A stretch of DNA of 64,000 bases. Source: Utricularia gibba. Lineage: Eukaryota; Plantae; Magnoliophyta. The stretch spans positions 2,046,001 to 2,110,000 of the forward strand of contig NEEC01000011.1 in the NCBI GenBank assembly GCA_002189035.1. The letters run 5' to 3'. Both the position numbers and the translations under genes were made by a program. The stretch's first letter is position 1, and each line of letters starts with the position of its first letter. The notes below the pieces were generated by a model. The model saw nothing but the letters and a program-made list of their open reading frames with translations. It had not been told where the DNA came from and did no database searches. Positions 24,930-41,053 of this stretch are shown here, piece after piece.

Positions 24930-26220
24930 ACACCAGAAACTCAAACCAAAATTCCATTTTGCCTTTTCACTCTCTTTTTGGCATCATTTGTCTTCATATT
25001 TTCTACCAGAAACGGTGCCATGTGCCTCCTAGAGTTGCTGTTTTTGTTGGGTTCTTAGGGAAAAGGGGAATGATGAATGCATGTGTGTGTAAGTATCGTC
25101 AATGGTGGACCATAACCCACCGTCTGTATGTGCTTTTTGGGATGAGAGTCACAGAGAAAAGCTTGGCCAGACAAAATACGTTGTTGTTAAGGAATATTCC
25201 ATGCCAGGCTGCTGCAAGAAATAGGATTAGATTCTTGCATTATTTTCTTAATTCTTTTATGAAACCGAGGAAGAGACGAGCAGGGCGTTCATTCTCTCCC
25301 TTTATTGCTGCACATAGCGACAGAAGTCCGCGTCTGTTTTGAAGGACAGTTGTATACGTCGTATCATATGCTTGTAATAACTGTATATAAAGAGTGAGTG
25401 TGATTGTGTTTGCTTCCCCCTTCGTTTCCTTTGTCATTGTTATGGGCACTTGTCGAGTAGACGAAAAATGCGAAATGGATCGGAGGATGGACCGACCATT
25501 TGGAGGCGGAGGGACTCGACCAAAATGAAGAGCTCGCCGGCGGCATGATCATCAGGAGAACAATTCGAACAGCGACTACCCAGTTGGGGCATGGAACCGT
25601 TGACCCTCAGAATAACTTCACTAAAGCTTCATATGGTGAGACTTCATGCGTTGAGAAAAAGCTCCATTTTGAGCGCTCCAGTTTCTCCACTCGAACTGGG
25701 TTGGCAAGAATCTATAGAAGCTCGTATTTTTATGGACGGTGGCTCTGATCTTGACGGGATGCGCATTCCATTTCATCCCCCAAAATCTCTGTAGAGGAGA
25801 TGAGAGCTAGTGAACCCTAATCAACCCATGAATGCCGGTGATGTGCAGATGGTAGTTTTCTAAATAACCGTGTCATCATTTCTCCTTTTGTAGTGAAAGA
25901 TAAAGCTCTGCGCTAAACTGCTAAACGAAGCCCCCAGATTCAGAAAGAAAAGGAAGTATGTGAGCCGCATCTACCTTATCTCAATCGGATAATCGCTCTT
26001 GAAACTTTGGTGTAGCTTTTTTTGAGCCATTATAATTATATTTGGGGATCACTCACTCCAATCACCAGTCACCAATCCATTGGTGGATTACCAGTTTTTT
26101 CTGTTTGTGAGGTGTCACGAACACTCGTCATCTTTTTCGGATCTTGTGATTACATTCTTGAATTTATTGTTGGGCATTTTCTGAGTGGTGATTGGGATAG
26201 GATTTGGAATCGTAGGAAAT

Positions 26221-29759
<3,539 letters not shown>

Positions 29760-29970
29760 ACGCGATGATGCCGAAAACATAAGAGAAGGTTGTGTTGGAA
29801 TGGAATGTGCATACAATTCCAAGTATGTGTGGTATTGATGTCGTGGTTGAAAAATACTTGATATAATTATTTAATTAATGTTATATTTGAATTATTTGTA
29901 TTTAGATAAATATATATTATTTAATGAAAATTAAAAATTTAGTTATTATATAATTCTTTCTCATATATCA

Positions 29971-29985
29971 TAAATAAATAAATAA

Positions 29986-30030
<45 letters not shown>
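29971..30030. repeat. Compound microsatellite (TAAA)5(TA)20
   Basis: Read directly from the sequence. Confidence 0.95.
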
Positions 30031-30034
<4 letters not shown>

Positions 30035-30389
30035 TTTAAAAGTCAAAAGAGCTAATATGTCTAACTTTGACTATAAAATTGAAGTGGACTAATAAGTGTT
30101 TAGTATTAATAAAATATTGATGTTATTCGCTGAATAAAAATAATACAATATAATCTATCAAACCGTATCGTGCCACGTGTATTTTCCCAGAGTACTGTGT
30201 GTGTGTTCTGTGCTGTCTTCTGGACAAGCACTCACTGTGTTATTTCTTCGTCCCAAAGGCATTGCGAAGTCGTCGTCCCCAGGCATTAAATTACAGGAGT
30301 AGATGCTTCTCTTTCACGTCCATTTTGTATTATTTTGACCCCGCACGATCGTTCATAGCTTCCCCTTGCCCTTCTTCCTCATCCATCTG

Positions 30390-31271
30390 ATGGCCTCCGA
30401 CGACAAGAATCTTCCCCATGTCAGCCCGGTTGCGCCTCCGGTTTACATGGGGACTCCGGTCACCGCTAATTGGTCGACCGGGCTTTGCGACTGCACCTCC
30501 GACATGACAAACTGTGAGTCGATGATGGGACCTGTTAATTGATCCGACTGCGGCCTTGTAAGATAAATCCTTGCTTTTTTGCTCAGGCTGCATAACGTGC
30601 TGGTGCCCCTGCATCACCTTCGGCCAAATCGCGGAGATTATCGATAGAGGAACCGCGTGTAAGTCATCCAAACTCTTCCCCATCATCAAAGTTCACGGCT
30701 TCACTCCGTTAACTTTGTCTTTTTGAGGAGCACTCTTTCGAGATCTTTAAGATGGATAGATGATCTGATCGCGTCGCTTGTCGCTGCAGCCTGCGGACTG
30801 AGCGGGGCGCTCTACTTTCTGATTGGTGCTGTCACGGGGTGCCCCTGCATCTACTCCTGCTTCTACAGAGCCAAACTGAGGAGCCAGTACTCCCTCCCGG
30901 ATGCACCTTGTGGTGACTGCTTGACTCATTGCTTCTGCGAGCTGTGTGCTCTTTGCCAGGAATACCGCGAGCTCAAGAATCGCGGCTTCGACGTGCCTCT
31001 CGGTACGTACCTGTTTCGATCCTCGTAATTTCTGTGGGTAAATCTACGGATACGAAACCCATGAGCCGATCCACTCCTTACACCATGGATCTCAACAGAT
31101 CCCCTTGAATTTGAATGTCACAGGAACTCGTTTGATTCTTCCGACGTGAATCTGTTTCAGGTTCTAGACTCTCATTAATCGATGTTATTCTTTTCAGGCT
31201 GGCAGGGGAATATGCAAGCACAGAATCCTGGATATGCGGCGCCGCCGGTGATGCCGGGAATGCAACGCTAG
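30390..31271 (+). CDS. PLAC8 / plant cadmium resistance / cell-number-regulator family protein, copy A
   Basis: Four exons: [85 protein letters not shown]...PGMQR*. Confidence 0.95.
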
Positions 31272-31941
31272 AGGAGGTGAAAGTCTCCCTTCCACGGCTG
31301 ACTTTTTACTGTTATTTGTTACTCTACAAAAGTAAAAAACTGGTATGTGTTTTAAAAAAATTAACCGTTCATGATAGTGAATCTATCCCGCTTTCAAACC
31401 TAATAAAATTCAATATTATAATTTTTTACATTCATATCCGTAATTCGACGAATAAAATGATACTTTTGATAGAATTATATCATATTTGTATCTTATATAA
31501 TTTAAATTGATGATTGTTATATTATGTTTGTATTTATATATGATACATCATTAAAATGATGATATCATCAAAACTAATTAATTTTGGTAACATAATAAAT
31601 TAAATATATAATTTAATAAGTTTAAAAATAAATTATTTTTAAAAATTAAATAACTTATTATATAATTTTAAAATTAAAACTTTTTATATTGATTATAATT
31701 TGAAATACTGTCCACAAACTCCAACCATATATAAACACAAATAATTTATAATACTCTATTAATTAAATTAAGCATGTTTAATGAATCGTGAGCAAGTTGC
31801 AGAAAAAACCAGTGACACAATACACCATCCATCATCCATGAGGTGCATGCAACATGCATCCTATGGCTTCTCTCATTATAATATAATATACGATAACGCG
31901 AAAAAAAAAACCGTTGCAAGACAGCAACTTGACATAGCGCA

Positions 31942-32072
31942 TCATCCGCCGCCGCCCTCCTTGCTGGACGGCGGCCGGACCTCCGGACCGGAGCCTGGCT
32001 TAACCGTGTACGGGGCTTGAGGCACCGCTAGGATCGTTTCAGAAGCTACAAGGAGTTACCAGAATGGATTGG
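31942..32072 (-). pseudogene. Truncated duplicate of the JAZ 3' end with the Jas core deleted
   Basis: Aligns by eye to 34464-34739, but joins VPQA directly to PYTVKPGSGPEVRPP; no upstream JAZ exons follow. Confidence 0.85.
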
Positions 32073-32503
32073 AATAAGAAATCTAAAAAATCATGTAATA
32101 GCTATTAAAATATACAATACCATATCATAAAATGAAATTAACATAATCAAATATATATAAAAAATTACAGATTACAAGTAATACATTGGATATAATCTTT
32201 TTTAATATGATTCATATTTTTTATATACTTAAGTTTTACGCGTGTACTCGTATGATCCATCGGATCCTAAATTTCAACAATAACATGTGATATCTAAATA
32301 CACAATAAACATAAATTACATTAAAAAACATTAGATACAATAATAAAATACTAATGATATACCATATCTTTTATTATTTTATTTTAATTTATCAACTTGA
32401 CATTGTTTGTTCATGCTTATCTTTCCAGTCCATTGTGTATTATTTCGACCCCACGCGCTCGTTCATAGCTTAGCTTCCCTTTGCCCTTCTTTTCATCCAT
32501 CTG

Positions 32504-33900
32504 ATGGCCTCCGACGACAAGAATCCTCCCCATTTCAGCCCGGCGGCGCCTCCGGTGTACATGGGGACTCCGGTCGCCGCTCCCTGGTCGACCGGGCTTT
32601 CCGACTGCACCTCCGACGTCGAAAACTGTACGTCGATGATGGGACTTGTTAATTCATCTGTGGACTGTGGCCTTGTTCCTTTATGATAAATCCTTGCTTT
32701 TTTGCTCAGGCTGCATAACGTGCTGGTGCCCCTGCATCACCTTCGCCCAAATCGCGGAGATCATCGATAGAGGGAACCACGTGTAAGTCATCCAAACTCT
32801 TCCCCATCTTCAAAGTTGGAAACCACTTCTATTTTTACGAAATTCAATTATATTTACGTAGAATTGATTTTACCTTCTAAACATGTACCTTAGAATTGAT
32901 TTTTTAGAATCAATTCAATTTTCAGAAAAGCATGAATGTATATCTTTTCATTTAGAATTGTTTTTTCAGAATTGATTTAAGAAATGAATTTAATTCATAT
33001 ATTAATACAAAATTACAAATAATATAATTTTTTAAAATAAATACTAATTTATATTTTTTTAAAAAAATATTCTAATTTTACGGTTTAGGGTTTTACAAAT
33101 TTTCAATTAATAATATAAGAATCATTGATTTAAAAATTTTTAAATAGTTTGATAAATATTGATGGTATATAATATATTTTATTTAAATAAATTCACAAAA
33201 TATAATTATTAATAAATATGTAATTTAGTTATAAAAATAACTTCTTATTGTTTTTTTCAATCCAAACAGATTTCAATTTTATAATAATCATTATCAAAAG
33301 CATTTCTAAACATATATGAATTCTGTTAAAATCAATTGTAGAGTGATTTTTAGAAAGGTTGCCTTCTCTTTTGTCTCTTTGAGGATCACTCTTTCGAAAT
33401 CTTCAAAACGGACAATACGAATAGATGATGATCTGATACCGACGCTTGTGGCTGCAGCCTGCGGACTGGGCGGGGCGCTCTACTTTCTGGTCGGATCTGT
33501 CACGGGGTGCCCCTGCATCTACTCCTGCTTCTACAGAACCAAACTCAGGAGCCAGTACTCGCTCCCGGAGGCGCCTTGTGGTGACTGCTTCACTCGTTGC
33601 TTCTGCGAGCAGTGTGCTCTTTGCCAGGAATACCGCGAGCTCAAGAATCGCGGCTTCAACATGGCTCTCGGGACGTACCTGCTTCGATCCTCCTGAGAAA
33701 TTTCTCTGGGTAAATCTACGGATACAAATCCTCCTTGAATTTGAACGCCACAGGAACTCGTTTGATTCATCTGATGTGAATCTGTTTCAGGTTCTAGACT
33801 CTCATGAATCGATGTTTTTTGTGCAGGCTGGCAGGGGAATGTGCAAGCCCAGAATCCTGGATTTGCGGCGCCGCCGGTGATGCCGGGAATGCAACGCTAG
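32504..33900 (+). CDS. PLAC8/PCR family protein, copy B; +1 frameshift in exon 2 as assembled (pseudogene or sequencing error)
   Basis: Near-identical to copy A. Exon 2 ends AGAGGGAACCACGT|gt versus AGAGGAACCGCGT|gt in copy A. Intron 2 is about 550 bp longer. Confidence 0.85.
32818..33363. mobile_element. Candidate AT-rich MITE inserted in intron 2 of PLAC8 copy B
   Basis: Absent from the matching intron of copy A. Degenerate inverted ends GGAAACCACTTCTA and (reverse strand) GGCAACCTTTCTA, both followed inward by AATTGATTTTA. No clean TSD. Confidence 0.45.
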
Positions 33901-33998
33901 AGGGGGTGAAATTCTCCGTTCCACGGCTGACTTTCTTACCGTGGTTTGTTACTCCGGCAAAAGTAAAAATAAAAAACTGTTGTGTGTTTGTTAAACAA

Positions 33999-34223
33999 TG
34001 TTGTGAAAAATTTTTAAAATTTGTTTTTATTTTTTAAAATTATTTTTGAAAATTAAAAATTAAAAATAAAAATTAACAATTAATTATTTTTACAAAATTA
34101 ATTTTTATAATTATAATTTTAAAAGTATTTTTGATATAATTAATTTTACAATTAAAATGTTATAAAACAAAAATATTTTTACTTTTAAAAAATAAAAATA
34201 AATTTTAAAAATTTTCCAAAACA
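33999..34223. mobile_element. AT-rich fold-back element (MITE-like) in duplication unit B only
   Basis: Left end TGTTGTGAAAAATTTTTAAAATTT matches the reverse complement of the right end, TGTTTTGGAAAATTTTTAAAATTT, and pairing continues about 15 bp inward. Low complexity weakens the call. Confidence 0.4.
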
Positions 34224-34463
34224 CTTCTTAGTTTGTTGATTTCATTTAATATTTATAATTGTATAGCATATATTTATAAAAATACAATTATCTAAAAATA
34301 TATTATTAATTAACTTAAGCATGTTTAATGAATCATGAGCAAGTTCCATAAAAAACGTGATACAGGACACCATCCATCATCCATGAGGTGCATGCAACAT
34401 GCATCCTATGGCTTCTCTCATTATAATATAATACATGATAATGCTAAAAAAATTCACAGCGCA

Positions 34464-35854
34464 TCATGCGCCGCCGCCCTCCTTGCCGGACGGCGGCCGG
34501 ACCTCCGGACCGGAGCCTGGCTTAATTGTGTATGGGGCTGGAGTCATCACCCTGGGTTCCCAATTCATATGCATCAGTATTTTGGTGAATGAAGAATGGA
34601 GGAGACTGGTAGCTTACCGCTCTTTGCGCTTCTCCAAGAACCGAGCCAGAGATGCTTTGCGGGCTTGAGGCACCGCTGTACGTGAGAAGGAAGCAGGATT
34701 AGTTTCAGAAGCTACAAGGAGTTAAAAGAATGGATTGGAGGAATACACGGAGAAAATACCTGAAGACGCTGCAGCAGAAGTAGGTCTCGTGATGGAGGCC
34801 TCCACCTTAACGGATTGAGTATCATTAATCGCCGCCGCAGGGGCTGCGTCTGTTGGGTGGGAGGAAACGGAGATCGGGCTTGCGTGGCGGGAATTGACAA
34901 CACGGTCGCCGGAGGCGGCGACCTTTTGCTGGTCAAAGGTGAGGGGTGGAGGAGTAGCCAATTTTCCAGCAAGGCACATGAGTGCTTTCGCCTGAACTCA
35001 AAACATCTCCGGTCAAACAAAAGAAAGGGATCAGATGAACAAGAAATGGAGTATCGATTACGAACCTTCTCCGGCGTGATGTTGTCAAAAACAGTAACGG
35101 AGCCGCCGTAGAATATAGTTAGCTGCGCCGGGAGATCACGAGCCTTGGTGTTGACTCTGTAAAGAGAAAATAAATGTTGCAAATCGGGTTTATAACATAT
35201 CAAACGTTAAATCGAGACAGAGTCATAAGAAACAGAGCAATATTCACACCTCTGTTCAGTAACGCCGACGACGGAAGAAGGTGAAACAGCGGGGGGCTTA
35301 AGAAAAAAGTGCTGGACAGAATTCTGATCATATCCCGCAAAACACAAGCCCGAATCAAGAAAATGCTTAAGAATAAAAGAGGTTCCATTGTGTAGGAAAA
35401 GAGATGCCCCTGTTACCTTTGCCTGCTTCTCATTTTGATCAGATTTGGGAGGTGTGACAGCAGAAACCTTGTTCGAAAACAGCCATGTAACTCCAGGACT
35501 CCGTGCAAATCCTGAAGATGAGCGGGAAAAAATGACTTCTTATACACAGAGAAAGCAAACTGGATAAGTGAAATGAAGATACATATCTCTTTCGATATCA
35601 AGCTATCCCAGAACAACCTCATCACGAGTCAAGCAACAAAGAACCCAGAAAATAACAAGAACAAAGATTCAAGAAAAAAAAGCCAACAAACTGTAATACT
35701 AGAAGAACAAAGTCAGCTTAAAATCAAAGCTCAAGAACCGCGAATCGGAAGCAGCACAGAAAGGAACAAAAAACAAACCAGAATCTTCAGATCCCCCTTC
35801 TACAAACTCCTCTTTCACAACCCTTGAATTCAAACCCATGAAATCTCTCTCCAT
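34464..35854 (-). CDS. JAZ: JAZ/TIFY repressor, JAZ3/4/9 clade
   Basis: MERDFMGLNS start, TWLFSNKVSA, ZIM motif AQLTIFYGGSVTVFD, Jas motif VPQARKASLARFLEKRKER, phase-2 Jas intron 34617-34551, last exon VMTPAPY (out of frame by one base as assembled). Confidence 0.95.
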
Positions 35855-36450
35855 ATCTCCCTCCTTGGCACCTTCTCAACTCAACCGGACCAGAAAAATC
35901 CCAAGACTTCCAATTTCGCGGTTACTACCTCTAAGAAAAAAATCCCAATTCAAAAAGAAAAACACAGAGCAAGAACCCACGGAAAGCTTTAACAATGTAG
36001 GTGAAAGAATCCAACTTGCAGCAACCAACATTTTAGATTGAATTGGAGGAATAAAAATTAATCTTTTGTCACCCACTTGTCTGTGTGTGTCATCCGTTCG
36101 TACATTTTCCCACATTTTTTTCAAGATTTGGGCCTACGCGCATTGAGCAATGATCCATGTGACTTTTAAATCAAATAGAAAATTGCTTTTATTTTAACAT
36201 TAAATAATGCACCTTTATTTTGTCTACTAGAAAAAAAGCATTTTACATTAAAAATTATAATTTTAAATGATTATTAAAATCAATTTGGAAGTAAAATTCA
36301 TCCTAACATCTTCGTCAAAATCAATTTGTGCAGTACATCAAATGCCAATTATAATAATTTTAGCAATATATTTACCAACATGTATTAAATATATAATATA
36401 ATTATATAAAATATAATATTCTCACATGGTTTGTTCGAAAAATAATTGGC

Positions 36451-36591
36451 CACGTGGCCTATTACTTAATAAAGTGGGAGCAGGGGAGTTAGAATCCAAT
36501 TCGTGTTGGTGGACTTTTACCGGTGACGGGGCACGTGCGTCAGTATTCATTCACGCACGAGCGAGATGGAGGGGTGAGATTGTTCCACGTG
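36451..36591. promoter_or_regulatory. Three G-boxes upstream of JAZ
   Basis: CACGTG at 36451, 36532 and 36586, about 600-740 bp upstream of the JAZ ATG. Confidence 0.5.
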
Positions 36592-36802
36592 GCGTCCAGA
36601 TCTGGGCTGGCCTGAGCAGGTCACGGGGGCCTGGGCCTACGTAAATTGCGCTAAATAATTTAATTGAGCACCGGACCCACCGTCGTTTGAGCCAACCGTT
36701 AACCAGGTTGAGCATTTAGTTTTAAAGTCGTTGCGCGTGGGTTGCTCCGGGTGTTGCGAGCCGGGCCTATCACCCGTCCGGCCCAATTCCAATTTGCACG
36801 TC

Positions 36803-36823
36803 TAGAGATGAAAGTTGGGCCGG
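36803..36823 (+). mobile_element. Solo terminal sequence of the same hAT-like family as 12357-12849
   Basis: TAGAGATGAAAGTTGGGCCGG is identical to the reverse complement of the right end of the 12.4-kb MITE. I found no partner end downstream. Confidence 0.55.
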
Positions 36824-37503
36824 ATTGGACTCATCCGACCCAACCCGAGTATTAATATTCTCACCTAATGTAAATCGTTCGATTTCAATTTGGAATCGGT
36901 CAGTTTCATTCAATCGATAGTTCATAACTATGGTTCAATCTCTATTTCGATTTCGGTTTTGATTCAAAACTAGAATAATAAACCTTGAACCTAATCGAAA
37001 TCGTAGTTAAATCATATCGTCTATAATCCTAATCTAATTGTTAATTGGATTGGGTCAATTCTATTAAATTTATCGATCTAAAATTTATAACTATAAATAT
37101 GATGTGGTTAGCCATTATTTTTTAAAAAAATTTTTTTTATGTAAACGTAATAATATATAAATATATAAATTTATTTATTTCTTTAATATTTAGAGTTTTA
37201 TTTTAAAAAAATGGAGCCAATTTTGGTCCTATGCCCTTTGGGCTTTTCAGCCCGAAACCCACTCAGTTTTGGGCCAACAGTAAAAAACCCAAAGTTCTAT
37301 ATTGTTTAGGATTGTGTCGGTTTAGTTCATGAACCTGGACCTCACATTTATCACATTTCTATTTATTCAATATTTTCCAACTGTCAGATTTCAGACATTA
37401 CAAGGTTTTCAATACAATGAAATCAATTTAATTGAATGGTGATAATACACAAATGAAGACGACAAGACACTTCCATGAGACGGGGTCCACACAGAAAACG
37501 CGA

Positions 37504-38463
37504 TCATTTCTGCTTTTTGGCTCTCTCCTCCTCCAGCCTCTCGAACAGCGTCCCGTCGAAAACCCCTCTGACCTGCAACACACAACATGGAGTTATCAGA
37601 ATAACAGGTTCAGACAGCCCGGCGTCAGGATCATACAAAAGGTGTCTGAAGGAAGACCAACCATTTCCTTGTGCAGCAGGCCGTCTTTGTCCTTGGCGAC
37701 GGAGTAGAGGATCGGCCACTCTGCAAAGGCACCGAGCCTGCAGCGAACGCAGCAGAGATTTGAGAACATGAATCAACTGGTTAAGTAAGGAGAAGAGTTG
37801 TAAGAGTATATACCATCCGCCGAAGTCACGGGGCTGGCGATTGGCTTTCATCAAAGCGCCAACTTCCTTGCGCGTCAGTGCATTGGGATGAGTCAGTGCG
37901 TGGGTGGCGAATATCGCATCGAATTTCTTTTCATCAAATCTGCGACATGGGTATGCAATCAAACCTCTTCTTGGGGTACATAAACCAGTTTCTGAGGGCA
38001 GGAATTCATGTGTCTGTATGTGTGTATGTACCTTCCGTCTTTGTCGAAGACTCCTGAATCGCTGGTGTGCTTGGCGAACTTGATGTTCTTGATCTCTATT
38101 GGGAAGTTGAAGGAGAAGGGCTTCCCCTGTTTGTGTGCGCAGAAATCTCAGATCCAGATGTGGAAATGATAGAAGGAAAAGGGATGGGGGTCTTACAGGT
38201 CTGGTTTTGGGACTGAGCAGGAGGTTAACGAACACAGCTGCCAAAGACGACACCACTACTCCCAGCCCAATTGCTCTGCATCCTGAAAAAAGAACAGAGG
38301 TTGAAACTTAGCTTCAAAACAAGAAGGAATCCACTCCCATCCGACGGAATTTCACAAGACCTTCAAAAGTTTCCGATGGGTAAATAAGCCCATCCTTGTT
38401 CCGGTCGAAGAACATGGCGTGCCTCTGGAGATGGGTGACCTCTTCATCTTCACGATTCTCCAT
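37504..38463 (-). CDS. Caleosin / peroxygenase (short L-type)
   Basis: Six exons: [21 protein letters not shown] (His plus EF-hand), hydrophobic segment, [63 protein letters not shown]. Confidence 0.93.
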
Positions 38464-40820
38464 TTTCCTTTATCCGTCGAACTGTATCACTCTGATGCAT
38501 AGATCGGAAATGGGTGTCGGTTATTTATACTGCAGAAGCGCCGCGAATTGCCCCCGTGGTCGGAACCCGTGTATTCTAGAAGGACGGAGCCGACCCGTTT
38601 TACTTTTGTTTTAATTTTCTTGTTCAAATTATACATCATGACTTTTCAACTGACCAAACGAAGCCGTGGGATCACCGCCGATGCATCCCCGCCGCCACTC
38701 CTCCGGTCACTCTTGTCGTCTTCAATGATGGGGTTGCCGTCTTTTTTAACCTATTTGCCGGGTGTTGGACGTAACATCATAACTGTTCATCCACTGTTGA
38801 ATTATAATGTTATCAACTAAGAAACTTTCTCCGTGTTTATCCCTGGAATATTATTTAAAAAATCACGATCATATAATTGAATCGTGTTAAATTACGAATA
38901 ATTTATAATGCATATATAGGATAAATTTAAATCTACAATATAAAAAAATGAATCGAAATCCAATAGTGGTTTAATATCTATTAAATCATAATTATTTTAT
39001 TTAAAAAATGATGAATTCAATTATAGTTTTCAAGTCAACTCCCCGATTGAATCGAGTGAATCTATATCCGAAAAAAAACGGGTCGAGTGACACATAAAAT
39101 TATCAAATAATTATTATTATTTGTTTTATTTGACTTTGATTACCTTTTTATCATTTTATTTTATTATGTTTATTTCATTTTCTTTAACTTCATGTTGAAA
39201 TTATTTTAAATTTTATTTTTACATTATATCCATATATTGTTTTCTATTAAAAAATCAGCGTATATTTTATATAATAACATTTAAAATATATCTTTTTACT
39301 AACGGTTCACCACAAAAACGGTGCGGGTTATGCATCCGACTTGAAAACGTAGATAAACGGTTCAGTTTTTTTATTATTTAAAACAGTTATTTTTAGGACT
39401 AAAGTGTAGTTAAATGATCATAATTTTGTATCTCAAATGATTAATTTCAATGGAATTAATTCCACAGTGGGTTTAGTGAATTTAATATACTTTGATGACA
39501 TCGCCAATTTTATAACGTACACAGGGGACACGTGCCGTGTCGCAGAAAGAGGCGGACACCTTGAGTTCACCCCTTGTAAAAGTATTGCATACGGGTCGAC
39601 GCTGTAAACCCAACGTGCTACAAACTTGAACTTCAAGGCATTGACATATGGAAAAGTTTTTGATTGAAACATAGCTTCCGTATTTATTTAGATGTGTGAA
39701 ATAAATATTTTATAATTTATAATATTATTTTAAATCTGTTCATTTTTATCCGCTAAGCGCTACGTCATCGTTTAGAATTCTGTAACATCAATTCTAGAAT
39801 TGTTTGAACTTGAAATGCACACACGCGGAAACGATTTTTGACTATTTAGTGGATGTAAATGAAATAAAAATAATTTAATTTATAAGGATTTAAATACTAA
39901 TATTAAAATTGGATATTAAATAGTATTGAGTAGGAACCATAATTTTAAATAAATTTGCATAGATAGAATTAAAAAAATCACGGAATCTCGTATTTATTTA
40001 AATTTTAGAAATAATCATCCTATAATTTATAATATTATTTTTGAATCCATCCATTCTTATTAACTAAACACTACATCAATATTTGCCACAATGACATTTT
40101 ATTTTAAAATTTTTCAAATTTATTAGAATAACACTTGTTCATTTTACAAGTTTTTTTTATCTTTATTGTATCCTACATAAATCTATTTAATGATAATACC
40201 AAGGAAGATAAATATTTAGACAAAGTAATGCATCTCTATACAAATTGCATGATCAAAGTTCAGATTTTTAATATTTCTGAGAGCATATTCTTAATTCCTA
40301 CATTTTTCTTAAGTCACCAATCATTTACATTTAATACCTTTGCACTTGAAACCTAATACATTTACATTCAATTTTCTATGTGAAATTATTTCTTTGCAAT
40401 ACACCTGAGTTTATGATCATGATGTCACTCATTAGTCCATGGTGGGAATTGGGGAATATTTTTTGTATTTTAGGGTTAATTTTTCACACATTATCATGAT
40501 TATTACTATTAATATTATGTTTTAGTATTTTTTCGCAAATGATTATGGAGTGTAGGTATTTGGCTATTATATGATTTTTTATATTCATTTTTCGATTAAT
40601 ATAAGTGAATTTTGCTATATTCAAGTTCTTTAAAATATGTTATTGTATGTTACTTGATACTATTAAATGTATTGAATATAAATTAGAACCAATTTTCTTT
40701 ATTTAAAAAACAAATCAGATTAGATTTTGAGTTTTTTTTCATATTCAATATTTTTTTATAAAAATATATTTAAAAATATTACTTTCAGAATTAATAATTT
40801 CTTCCCATTATAACTTAGCG

Positions 40821-40847
40821 TTAAGGTTTAGGGTTTAGGGTTTAGAG
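40821..40847 (+). repeat. Short interstitial plant telomere-like repeat (mirror copy at 44015-44041)
   Basis: TTAAGG TTTAGGG TTTAGGG TTTAGAG. Confidence 0.8.
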
Positions 40848-41053
40848 TGAGTATTAATCTCCAGCACCTGCTTGGAATACTCATGATGGATGTGTGCTGG
40901 GTATTTTTGCACGAAAATCTTGAAAAAAAATGATTTTTTTACACAGCACGAAGAACAAGTTCAGGCTATTGTCTGAAATCAATTCTACACTTGAGTGTTG
41001 AGTGTTTTCAATCAACTTGAACAAGGGCATTCATCGAATCACACCCCGTATCA

